Source: Candidatus Methylomirabilota bacterium
GTDB taxonomy: Bacteria; Methylomirabilota; Methylomirabilia; Rokubacteriales; CSP1-6
Direction: 5' to 3'
Length of the DNA stretch: 30,386 bases
Assembly (NCBI GenBank): GCA_046726415.1
Contig: JBKPAK010000025.1
Location: 1-30,386, forward strand
Made by a program: the position numbers and the translations under genes
Notes under the pieces: model-generated
The model's input: only the letters and a program-made list of their open reading frames with translations
Databases searched by the model: none
Told to the model about the DNA's origin: nothing
Shown: positions 1 to 10,971 of the stretch, one piece after another
Layout of the letters: each line of letters opens with the position of its first letter
How positions within the stretch are numbered: position 1 is the first letter of the stretch

Positions 1-105
1 GTGCGACGACACGAGGTCGAGGTGCGTGCGCAAATCGAGCCGCAGACTCCTTCGGGCTCGGCGCGTGACGCGGCGAAGCCGCGGCCGCGCAGGTCGTCCG
101 GCAGG
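1..105. repeat. Inverted duplication, arm 1 (exact reverse complement of 527-631)
   Basis: Base-by-base comparison: gtgcgacgac...gtcgtccggcagg is the reverse complement of cctgccggacgac...gtcgtcgcac. The arm may extend beyond the window start. Confidence 0.95.
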
Positions 106-205
106 AGCCGGGGCGCTCCTCGATGCCCCCCGAGCCCCCCAACGCTCGGCGCGCCCCCAGCGGAGCCGGGGTGCTCCTCGATGCCCCCCAAGCCCCCGAA
201 CGCTC
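104..205. repeat. Tandem REP-like palindromic repeat, 2 units, period 58 bp
   Basis: ggagccggggcgctcctcgatgccccccgagccccccaacgctc (104-147) vs ggagccggggtgctcctcgatgccccccaagcccccgaacgctc (162-205), with an imperfect hairpin gcgcccccagc-gga-gccggggtgc. Confidence 0.85.
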
Positions 206-458
206 CCCGATTGGGCGGCGAGCATCCCAGCCTCACTGCGCAGCGAGTGATAGAGGTCCGTTATCGCCTCACCGATCCGGCGTCTCTGATCGATGCGCGG
301 CGGTGGACCTCGAATCGGAACCGTCCCGCGCCTCTTCGATGCCCGGTTGCGGCACGTGAGCGCATGTGCTGTCATGGGATTTTCTGCGCCGCGCGCCCGA
401 GGTCGGCCCGCGATAGGGTCCGGCCGTCCGAGGCAAGTCTAGGAACGAGGAATTGCGC

Positions 459-583
459 ATGGACTTCGAATTCACTGCCCAGCAGGAGGCGTTTCGGAAA
501 GACGTCCGGCTGTGGCTTGAGCGGAACCTGCCGGACGACCTGCGCGGCCGCGGCTTCGCCGCGTCACGCGCCGAGCCCGAAGG
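459..583 (+). pseudogene. 5' fragment of an acyl-CoA dehydrogenase
   Basis: GAGG RBS at 447-450 and ATG459. MDFEFTAQQEAFRKDVRLWLERNLP is a typical ACAD N-terminus. Similarity is lost after about 41 codons. Confidence 0.75.
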
Positions 584-1830
584 AGTCTGCGGCTCGATTT
601 GCGCACGCACCTCGACCTCGTGTCGTCGCACATGGCGATCGTGCGCAGGACTGCGGACCACGCGGAGGGCGTGGCGGCCTTCAAGGACAAGCGCCCCGCT
701 AAATTCACCGGCCGCTGAACGCCGGCCCCCCGGTGGTCACCGCCTTGCGTGGAGGGGGGGTGGGCCTCCACGTAGGCGGTCGCAAGCTCGGCGAAGCGCC
801 GGGCGCCGGCTGGCGAGAAGTGGTGGTCACCGGGCAGCCACAGTGAGGCGTCCGCCATCGTCAACTCGGACGTGTCGATGAAGTCGATCTCTTCCTCGGC
901 GGCGAAGCGACGCAGGATGTCGCCGTGGCGAGGTGTGGTCGGCGTGATGGGGACGATTGCGAAGCGCGCGTCGTGGCGGCGCGAGACCTCGCGCATGTAG
1001 AGGATGGCCTTCTTCGTGTAGCGCCACCCGGGGGCCTGCTCATCGGTGTGCCCCGCGCCCAGCGCGGGATCGCGCTCGCCCAGGTCCGAGTATCTCTTCA
1101 ACCAGCGGGAGACTCGGTAGACGTACGACCAGCGCTTCAGACGCGCGAGCAGTGAACGCTGCCGAAGCCGCTCGTCGCGCTCGGACAGCGCCTGGGCGGG
1201 CTCGAGGCGATGAGGGTAGCGAATGCTCTCCAGCGGTTGATTGATGAAGGCCTGCATGGTCCCGGCGTTCAGGAAGACATAGAGGTCCGCGATGTCGTTC
1301 TCGAAGTAGAAGTAGAGGACATAGCGCGGGCGGAGGATGGGCAGGAACTCCGTCACGAGATAGGCCTGTTGAAGCGCGCAGTCCCCCTGCCGCGCGAGGT
1401 TGGCCACCGACCGGCCGGTCAAGCGTTCGAGGAAAGACCCGACCGTCGACTCGAAGTCGACGCCGTGTCCGTAGATGAAGGAATCGCCGAGCAACGCGAT
1501 GTCGGCGGGGATGGATAGCGCCTTGTTCCGGAAGCCGAGGGCATCGGTCTGGTGAGTCCACACGTAGCCGTTGAAGTACATCTGAGTAGTGAAGTTGGGA
1601 ATCATGAAGCGCGTCTGGGCCTGGCGGTCCTTGTAGAAGATCCCGCCGGCGCCGTCGGTGTACTTGCTGAGAACGCCGTTGGCAAAGGCGTGGCCGAGCA
1701 GGGTCGGCCGCGCCCGCAGGAGCAGCTCCAGACCGCCGAGCGCGACGGCGGTGGCGGCCACGACGAGCAGCGCGTTGCCGGCGGCCCGGCGCAGCCCGCG
1801 GCGGACATCGACCCGCGGCGGGGGGTCCAT
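472..1830 (-). CDS. SGNH/GDSL-like hydrolase with N-terminal membrane anchor
   Basis: TM segment (ALLVVAATAVALGGLELLLR), GFR, LLGDSFIYG block I, FENDI block III, GDHHFS (D-x-H/DxxH-type block V). The family-like region ends near 760 and the last ~90 aa look like run-through. Confidence 0.75.
   Translation of the reverse strand: MDPPPRVDVRRGLRRAAGNALLVVAATAVALGGLELLLRARPTLLGHAFANGVLSKYTDGAGGIFYKDRQAQTRFMIPNFTTQMYFNGYVWTHQTDALGFRNKALSIPADIALLGDSFIYGHGVDFESTVGSFLERLTGRSVANLARQGDCALQQAYLVTEFLPILRPRYVLYFYFENDIADLYVFLNAGTMQAFINQPLESIRYPHRLEPAQALSERDERLRQRSLLARLKRWSYVYRVSRWLKRYSDLGERDPALGAGHTDEQAPGWRYTKKAILYMREVSRRHDARFAIVPITPTTPRHGDILRRFAAEEEIDFIDTSELTMADASLWLPGDHHFSPAGARRFAELATAYVEAHPPSTQGGDHRGAGVQRPVNLAGRLSLKAATPSAWSAVLRTIAMCDDTRSRCVRKSSRRLLRARRVTRRSRGRAGRPAGSAQATAGRLSETPPAGQ
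527..631. repeat. Inverted duplication, arm 2
   Basis: Exact reverse complement of 1-105. Confidence 0.95.
584..718 (+). pseudogene. 3' fragment of an enoyl-CoA hydratase/crotonase
   Basis: A different frame (absent from the ORF track) reads SLRLDLRTHLDLVSSHMAIVRRTADHAEGVAAFKDKRPAKFTGR*, matching the crotonase C-terminal D..EG..AF.EKR.P.F.GR pattern. Confidence 0.8.
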
Positions 1831-1902
1831 CCCGCGCGGTCCTTCACCTCGGGGGCGAGAGGCTGAACGGAGCGGTCGTCGCCAGGGCAGTGGGCTTCCT
1901 CG

Positions 1903-2517
1903 TCATGCGAGCGGGGTGACCCGCAGCGCGGTCTCCAGTGCGCGCAGCATGAGCGCGAGATCCATGCTGGCTTGCTCCAGTCCATGGGCGGCGACCATGG
2001 AGGGCAAGAAGGGCACGTGGATGAAGCCCGCGCGGATGGGAAGCGAGCGCAGGGTTATCTCGTGCAGCGTCCAGTACAGCGTCTGGTTGCACAGGTAGGT
2101 GCCGGCCGTGTAGGAGACGTAGGCGGGGATGCCCTCTGCGATCAACGCGGCGAGGATCGGCCGGCAGGGGAGCGTGCTGAAGTACGCGGCTGGTCCACCG
2201 ACTACGCACGGCTGACCGGTGAGACGCACGCCGGCGCCGTCGGCCATGGGGTAGTCCATGGCGTTGACCGCCACCTGCTCGAGGGCGATGCGCGCGCGCC
2301 CGCCGGCGAGCCCGAGGTGCACGACGGCCGTGAGCTCGGAATCGGCCAACGCCGCGCCGACCATCTCACGCGCAGCCCGATGCTCCACGGGCAGGATCAT
2401 GCTCCGCACCGCGGAGTCACCGATGGACCGCCCGTCGACGGCCTTGGCCAGCTCCTGCGAGGGGTTGGCGGTGTCGCCGCCGAACGGCTCGAAGCCGGTG
2501 ACCAGGATGATCGGCAC
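1903..2517 (-). CDS. pcp: Pyroglutamyl-peptidase I (peptidase C15)
   Basis: ILVTGFEPFGG..NPS, catalytic E (LEQVAVN), C (AGTYLCN) and H (GFIHVP). Confidence 0.95.
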   Translation of the reverse strand: MPIILVTGFEPFGGDTANPSQELAKAVDGRSIGDSAVRSMILPVEHRAAREMVGAALADSELTAVVHLGLAGGRARIALEQVAVNAMDYPMADGAGVRLTGQPCVVGGPAAYFSTLPCRPILAALIAEGIPAYVSYTAGTYLCNQTLYWTLHEITLRSLPIRAGFIHVPFLPSMVAAHGLEQASMDLALMLRALETALRVTPLA

Positions 2518-2523
2518 GGTTCG

Positions 2524-3048
2524 CTAGAGCGCGCCGACGCTCGCCCGGTGGCGCTGAGCCAGGGCCTGATAGGCCCGCGGGTTGACGAGCACCCAGCGTT
2601 CGGCCGGCGTCCCTGTCACCGGGCCACGCACCTTGGCGGGAACGCCCACCGCCAACATGCCCTCGGGAATCTCGACCCCGGGCGGCACTAGCGCGCCCGC
2701 GGCCACCATGGCCCGCGCGCCGATGCGCACGCCATCGAGAATGGTGGCGCCGTTGCCCACCAGCGCCTCTTCCCCGAGCGTGGCGGCGTGGATGACGCAG
2801 AGATGTCCGACCGTGGCGCCGGGTCCGACCTCGGTGCCCGCGATGGGCGTTACGTGAATCACCGAGCCGTCCTGGACGTTGGCTCCGTGGCCGATCACGA
2901 TGGGTGAGAAGTCGCCGCGAAGCACGGCGTTGTACCATACTGAGGCGTTTTCCTCCACCCTCACATCGCCAACCAGCACCGCCGTCGGCGCGATGAACGC
3001 GGACGAATGGACGGTTGGGCGCTTTCCCTCGAAGCTGAACAGTGGCAT
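2524..3048 (-). CDS. Gamma carbonic anhydrase family (YrdA/PaaY-like) hexapeptide protein
   Basis: FIAPTAVLVGDV, WYNAVLRGD, NVQDGSVIH, VGH..VIH metal-binding His residues. Start is ATG3048 or GTG3057. Confidence 0.92.
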   Translation of the reverse strand: MPLFSFEGKRPTVHSSAFIAPTAVLVGDVRVEENASVWYNAVLRGDFSPIVIGHGANVQDGSVIHVTPIAGTEVGPGATVGHLCVIHAATLGEEALVGNGATILDGVRIGARAMVAAGALVPPGVEIPEGMLAVGVPAKVRGPVTGTPAERWVLVNPRAYQALAQRHRASVGAL

Positions 3049-3107
3049 GGAATACACCCTCGCAGTATGCTCGACGTAGCTGCCATCTTAGCGCGGGTTC
3101 TTCGCGC

Positions 3108-3173
3108 GAGGAGGATCGAATGGTCCTTCCCAGGATCAACGAGGAGGATCGAACGGTCCTTCCTAAGATCAAC
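3108..3173 (+). repeat. 33-bp tandem duplication of the RBS and first codons of the T3PKS gene
   Basis: gaggaggatcgaATGgtccttcccaggatcaac / gaggaggatcgaACGgtccttcctaagatcaac, 3 mismatches. Confidence 0.93.
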
Positions 3174-4178
3174 GCCGTCGCCTCCGCCGTGCCTCCCGAC
3201 CGCTTCACGCAAGCGGACATCCTGAAGCTTGCGAAGTACACGGATGTCGCGCGGCTGGGATTCTTCGGGCACAGCGACATCGAGGGGCGCTATCTCTACC
3301 TCGATCGCGAGACCTTCGACGGGCGTGAGACGGTGGACGAACTGAACGAGCGCTTCTGTCGCGGAGCGCTGGAGATCGGCGAGGCGGCCGCTCGCCGCGC
3401 GCTGGCCGCGGCCGGATGGGAAGCTTCACAACTGGATTTCATCGCCACGACCACCTGCACCGGCCGCATGACCCCGAGCCTCGATGCGCACCTCGTCGCG
3501 CGTCTGGGCGGCCGACCCGGCATCCAGCGCGTCCACGTCGGCGACACCGGGTGTGCCTCGGCCATGGTGGCCATCCAGCAGGCGTGGAATCACGTCCAGG
3601 CGTTCCCCGAGCACAAGACCCTGGTGGTGGCGGTGGAGATCTGCTCCGCGGCCTACTACGACGATGATCGCCTGGAGAGCGCGGTGGCCCACGCCATCTT
3701 CGCTGACGGCGCGGGTGCGATCGCCCTGTCGGCGACCGGCCCGGGGCCGGGCATCGTGGCCCACCGCACGCTGTTCCGGTCGGAGCACCTGGACGCCATG
3801 GGCTTCGAATACCCGGAGGGGCGACCGCGCATCGTCCTGTCCAAGGATGTCCGCCGCATCGGGTCTTCCATGATGGGGGAGATGGCCGCGGAGTTGATGG
3901 AGCTGCAGGGGCTCAAGCGCGAGGACGTCCAGTACTGGATTCTGCACTCCGCGGGCCGGCACGTGATTGACCGCGCGGTCACCGTGCTCGGGCTCCGCGA
4001 GGAGCAGGTGGCGGCCACCAGGGGCGTCCTGCGCGAGTACGGCAACATGTCGTCGGCGACGATCCTCTTCGTGCTCGAGCAGACCTTGCGAACGGCCCGG
4101 CCGGTTCCGGGCGAGTGGGGATTGATGATCGGGCTCGGGCCGGGATTCGCGGCGGAGGGCGCCCTGCTGCGCTGGTGA
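3120..4178 (+). CDS. Type III polyketide synthase (chalcone/stilbene synthase family)
   Basis: GAGGAGG RBS. TTTCTG..PSLD, catalytic Cys (GDTGCAS), AVEICS, IFADGAGA, His (ILHSAG), Asn (YGNMSSAT), GLGPGF. Confidence 0.92.
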   Translation: MVLPRINEEDRTVLPKINAVASAVPPDRFTQADILKLAKYTDVARLGFFGHSDIEGRYLYLDRETFDGRETVDELNERFCRGALEIGEAAARRALAAAGWEASQLDFIATTTCTGRMTPSLDAHLVARLGGRPGIQRVHVGDTGCASAMVAIQQAWNHVQAFPEHKTLVVAVEICSAAYYDDDRLESAVAHAIFADGAGAIALSATGPGPGIVAHRTLFRSEHLDAMGFEYPEGRPRIVLSKDVRRIGSSMMGEMAAELMELQGLKREDVQYWILHSAGRHVIDRAVTVLGLREEQVAATRGVLREYGNMSSATILFVLEQTLRTARPVPGEWGLMIGLGPGFAAEGALLRW

Positions 4179-4870
4179 TGCGACGCGAGGAGGAGCGGCG
4201 CGAGTATCTCGATGGGCGGCTTTCCCCCGAGGAACGCGACATGGCCCTCGCCGACATTGACCGGCTCAGCGCGTGGTTCGGGGGATACGCGCTGACGATT
4301 CGGGCCGTGCGCCACCTGCTGCGAGCGGCGCCCACGGTTCGCGGGCACGTCGTCGTCGACGTCGGCGGCGGTCGGGGCGACCTCGCGCGACGGCTCGTCC
4401 GAACCCTCCGGCGCCAGGGCCGCCGCGTGCGCGTCGTTCTCCTCGACCGGGATGAGGAGGGACTGGCCCTCGCCGGGGCGGCCTGTGGCGCCGATCCCGA
4501 GATCGTGCGCGTGTGCGCCGACGCCACCGCGCTGCCGTTCCGCGACAATGGGGTGGACGTGGCCATGACCTCGCTCGTGCTCCATCACTTGCCGCCTGAC
4601 GCGGCAGTGGCGAACCTGGAGGCGATGCGCGCCGCCGCGCGCGTCGGGGTGGTGGTGAACGATCTCTTGCGCACGCGCCTGTCCTGGCTGCTGGTGACGA
4701 TCGCCACTCGGCTCTTTGCCCGTGCCGTCTCCCGCCACGACGGGCCGCTGTCCGTCCGGCGTGCCTATCGGCCCGAGGAACTCCGCGTGCTCTGCGAGAA
4801 GGCTCGGTGGGAACGCTTCACCGTCCGGAGCTATCCGATCCTGAGCCGCGTGTTGCTGGTTGCCTGGTGA
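4178..4870 (+). CDS. Class I SAM-dependent methyltransferase (T3PKS-associated)
   Basis: TGATG stop/start overlap with the PKS. VVDVGGGRGD motif I, ADATALPF, LVLHHL, VNDL.R, HDG..SVRRAY. Confidence 0.9.
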   Translation: MRREEERREYLDGRLSPEERDMALADIDRLSAWFGGYALTIRAVRHLLRAAPTVRGHVVVDVGGGRGDLARRLVRTLRRQGRRVRVVLLDRDEEGLALAGAACGADPEIVRVCADATALPFRDNGVDVAMTSLVLHHLPPDAAVANLEAMRAAARVGVVVNDLLRTRLSWLLVTIATRLFARAVSRHDGPLSVRRAYRPEELRVLCEKARWERFTVRSYPILSRVLLVAW

Positions 4871-6099
4871 CGTCGCGCGCGCCGCATGACGTCATCGTCG
4901 TCGGCGCCGGGCCGGCCGGCGCCGCCACCGCCATCCTGCTCGCCGAGCGCGGACTGTCGGTGGCCGTCCTCGACCGCGCTCGCTCGCCGCGCGCCAAGAT
5001 CTGCGGCGAGTACCTCAGCCCAGAAGGCACGCGCATCCTGGATCGACTCGGCGTCCTCAAATCCATCGACGCCGCCGGCGCGCCCACCTTGGCCGGGATG
5101 CGCATCACGGCCCCCGACGGGCGCGTGCTCGAGGGCCGCTATCGCGCGGTCGGCGAATGGCGCCCGTACCGAGACGGCGCGCTGGCCGTCGAGCGGGCTC
5201 TGCTGGATGCGGCGCTCTGCGAGCGCCTGCGGGGCGTGCCCGTCGACTTCTGGGAGCAGTGCCGCGTGACCGATGTCATCGCGGACGGGGCGCGAGTGAG
5301 TGGCGTGGAGGCGATCGACGTCAAGGGGCGCCGGCACCAGCTCCGCGCGCCGCTGGTCATCGGCGCCGACGGCCGCACTTCGGTGATCGCTCAACGGTTG
5401 GGGGGCCGCAAACCGCATCGCCTGCGTCGTCTGGCTCTGGTCACCTACCTTCGCGGTCTGGCCGACTGCCGCGAGGTCGGGGAGATCTTCGTGGATCCGC
5501 CGGATTACGCCATCCTCAATCCGGTGGCGCCCGACCGCGTGAACCTGAGTCTGGTGGTCCCGCTCGCTCACGCCGCCCCCTATAGCGCGCGCCTGGACAC
5601 GTTCTTCGCGGCGCGCACCAAGCAGCTCACGCATCTGGCCCGTCGGATCGCCGCGGCCGAGCGGATGACCGCGGTCCAGGCGCTGGGCCCGCTGGCGTAC
5701 CGGGTGACGCCGCCGCGCTGCGGCGGTGCGCTGCTCGTCGGCGACGCGGCGGGTTTCTACGACCCCTTCACGGGCGAGGGAATCTTCAGTGCCCTGCGGG
5801 GCGCTGAGCTGGCCGCCGAGACAGCGACCCGCGCGCTGGCCTCGGGCGACGTGTCGGCCCGCGCCCTCTCGACCTATCGCGATGCGCAGCGCGATGCGTT
5901 TCACGGCAAAGAGCGCGTGACGCGCGCCATCCAGTTCGCGATTGGCCGGCGCTGGGCGGCCAACCTCGCGGCCACGCTTCTGGAGCGGCGGTCCGGCCTG
6001 CTCGATCTGCTCATGGGCGTCATCGGCGATTACGTGCCGCCGCGCGCCCTCCTCCAAACCTGGCCCCCTGGGCGACGGTCTCCATTGCGTTCTCCTTGA
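4867..6099 (+). CDS. FAD-dependent oxidoreductase/monooxygenase (geranylgeranyl-reductase-like)
   Basis: GTGA overlap with the methyltransferase. DVIVVGAGPAG, KICGEYLS, IGADGR.S, LVGDAAGFYDPFTGEGI. Confidence 0.9.
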   Translation: MTSRAPHDVIVVGAGPAGAATAILLAERGLSVAVLDRARSPRAKICGEYLSPEGTRILDRLGVLKSIDAAGAPTLAGMRITAPDGRVLEGRYRAVGEWRPYRDGALAVERALLDAALCERLRGVPVDFWEQCRVTDVIADGARVSGVEAIDVKGRRHQLRAPLVIGADGRTSVIAQRLGGRKPHRLRRLALVTYLRGLADCREVGEIFVDPPDYAILNPVAPDRVNLSLVVPLAHAAPYSARLDTFFAARTKQLTHLARRIAAAERMTAVQALGPLAYRVTPPRCGGALLVGDAAGFYDPFTGEGIFSALRGAELAAETATRALASGDVSARALSTYRDAQRDAFHGKERVTRAIQFAIGRRWAANLAATLLERRSGLLDLLMGVIGDYVPPRALLQTWPPGRRSPLRSP

Positions 6100-6117
6100 A
6101 GGCGGCGCTCGGCGAAC

Positions 6118-7372
<1,255 letters not shown>

Positions 7373-7386
7373 GCAGGTGGCGTAGC

Positions 7387-7395
7387 AATCTAGCA
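7387..7395 (-). promoter_or_regulatory. Extended -10 (TGcTAGATT) upstream of the DUF2298 gene
   Basis: TG-n-TAnnnT 14 nt before ATG7372. The same motif occurs at other operon heads. Confidence 0.45.
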
Positions 7396-7551
7396 CGAAG
7401 CGGGCGGTCACAGGCCCAACTCCGCCGCGAAGAGCGTCCCGTGTGGCGGTGCGACCTAGCCGCTATGGCGAGGCGAGCTGCGCGCCAGTCCAGTGGTGGA
7501 GGGAACTTCGCGCGCCGGTTTCTTGACCTCTCTCGAGCGGGAGCGCGCTTC

Positions 7552-8970
7552 CTAGCGCGCGCCCCGACGGGTCGAGCGCGGGACGGCGGGGGCGGGGGCC
7601 GCCTCGCCGGCGGGAGGAGCGATACCGGCGATCTCGGGGAGGCCGGCGTCCCTCAGGGGCTTGGCGATCCGATCGCGGAGCCACTTGGCGTCCCACCATT
7701 CCAGCGGCGTCACGGAGATACCGTGGACGAGTACCTCGTAGTGCAGGTGATCGCCGATGGCCAGCCCGGTCGTGCCAGACCGCCCGATCTCCTGACCCTT
7801 TTGCACGCTGTCGCCCGGGTTGACGCCGACCCTCGACAGGTGAGCATACAGCGTCTGCAGCCCGAGCCCGTGATCGATGACGACGGTATTGCCGTAGATG
7901 GTGAGCGGAGCGGCGAAGATCACCACGCCCTTGTTCGCGGCGGGCACGGGCATGTTCTTGGTGGCGGCGAGGTCGTAGCCGAAATGCACCTGGGTGTCGA
8001 CGGCCTGGCCCTGGTAGAGATACGTGCGCGACTCGGCAAAGTTGGCGAAGACCTTCGTATTGCGCGGCTGGACGAAGACGCCTTCCCAGAAAGGCCTGTC
8101 CGCGGTCTTGGCGCCGATCCGGCGTTTCTCCTCCTCGGCCTGGCGGCGATGCTCGCGATTGACGACGAGGAATCCGTCGATGAGCGGCTGGGACGGTGAC
8201 CGCTGGGGCAGGAGCTCGGGTACCTTGGCCTCGAGGAGTGCCCCCGTGATCTGAATGGTGTCCCGCGGGAACTTGCGGGGCTTCAGCTCGGCCGGAATGG
8301 CGCGCACCGCGGTGTTCCCGGCCTCGTCGACGGCGTTCACCGACATGGCCGCGTTCCCTGCAAAGTCCCACGGCAGGGCGATGAGCGCGACACGGGCGCC
8401 CTTGTCAGGGGGGCCGTAGGGGAAGCTCGGGAACGCGTGAGCGCCGATGCGAACCTCGGCCCGGGCGGCGTCCGGGAGACGGAACGCCACGAGCGCCGCG
8501 CCCCCGGGCGACACGTACTGCGTGGCCGCGAGGATCTCGATGCGCGGCGGCGTGAGATCCACCTTCACCGGGAATTGGGCGATGGAGCGATCGTCGAGGC
8601 GGATGGGTCGCCAGAAATCATCGCGGGCCCACACCTCGAGGGCCGCATCGCCCTCGCGCACGCCCAGCGCCGTCGGCTCGATGGTGACGGGCAACTCGAC
8701 CCGCGGTATCGGCGGCCCATCGAACCGGGCGACGACTGTCGTCTTCCCGCTCTGCGAGACGCGCACCTCGGCGCGGGCGACGTTGCCGCGTGCGGCCTGG
8801 AGGGCGACGGTCACCGGCGTCTTGTGACCGAGCAGGGCCGGGAGGGCCGTGGCCACCCGGACGCCAGGCACCGACTGACGCCAACCGATATAGGCGATGA
8901 TGCCCAGCGCGGCCAGGAGAGGGATCAGAACCAGGACAAAGGCGATCGTGAAACGGGACCGCGGCGGCAC
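7552..8970 (-). CDS. M23 family metallopeptidase, membrane-anchored
   Basis: N-terminal TM (FTIAFVLVLIPLLAALGIIAYIGW), HFGYD (HxxxD), YGNTVVIDHG, LYAHL, GDHLHYE (HxH). The upstream part of the 959-aa ORF is the antisense of nuoL. Confidence 0.9.
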   Translation of the reverse strand: MPPRSRFTIAFVLVLIPLLAALGIIAYIGWRQSVPGVRVATALPALLGHKTPVTVALQAARGNVARAEVRVSQSGKTTVVARFDGPPIPRVELPVTIEPTALGVREGDAALEVWARDDFWRPIRLDDRSIAQFPVKVDLTPPRIEILAATQYVSPGGAALVAFRLPDAARAEVRIGAHAFPSFPYGPPDKGARVALIALPWDFAGNAAMSVNAVDEAGNTAVRAIPAELKPRKFPRDTIQITGALLEAKVPELLPQRSPSQPLIDGFLVVNREHRRQAEEEKRRIGAKTADRPFWEGVFVQPRNTKVFANFAESRTYLYQGQAVDTQVHFGYDLAATKNMPVPAANKGVVIFAAPLTIYGNTVVIDHGLGLQTLYAHLSRVGVNPGDSVQKGQEIGRSGTTGLAIGDHLHYEVLVHGISVTPLEWWDAKWLRDRIAKPLRDAGLPEIAGIAPPAGEAAPAPAVPRSTRRGAR

Positions 8971-8976
8971 GAGCCG

Positions 8977-8985
8977 ATGATAGCA
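8977..8985 (-). promoter_or_regulatory. Extended -10 (TGcTATCAT), leaderless spacing to GTG8970
   Basis: The -10 hexamer ends 6 nt before the start codon and there is no SD. Confidence 0.55.
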
Positions 8986-9061
8986 CGCAGGATCGCTTGG
9001 CATCGCCAGCGAAGTCGATCGCGATCCTTCACAGCGTCGTCCTGTCTGCGCGCTCGGTTGC

Positions 9062-9090
9062 TTGACGCGTCGTGACGTGTTCGCTAGAGT
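9062..9090 (+). promoter_or_regulatory. Sigma70-type promoter for nuoL (TTGACG-17-TAGAGT), leaderless spacing
   Basis: -35 at 9062-9067, 17-nt spacer, -10 at 9085-9090, 6 nt to GTG9097, no SD. Confidence 0.65.
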
Positions 9091-9096
9091 GGCCCG

Positions 9097-10967
<1,871 letters not shown>

Positions 10968-10971
<4 letters not shown>

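Noticed and set aside
1..702. 233-aa plus-strand ORF and other short ORFs at the left end
   Set aside because: They are translations of the inverted duplication and REP-like repeats, with no family motifs.
2524..3048. Gamma-CA supplying bicarbonate for malonyl-CoA to the divergent T3PKS
   Set aside because: Adjacency is the only support, and many YrdA-like proteins lack demonstrated CA activity.
9017..9034. Rex operator upstream of nuoL
   Set aside because: Only a TTCACAG half-site is present. The left half does not match at the correct spacing.
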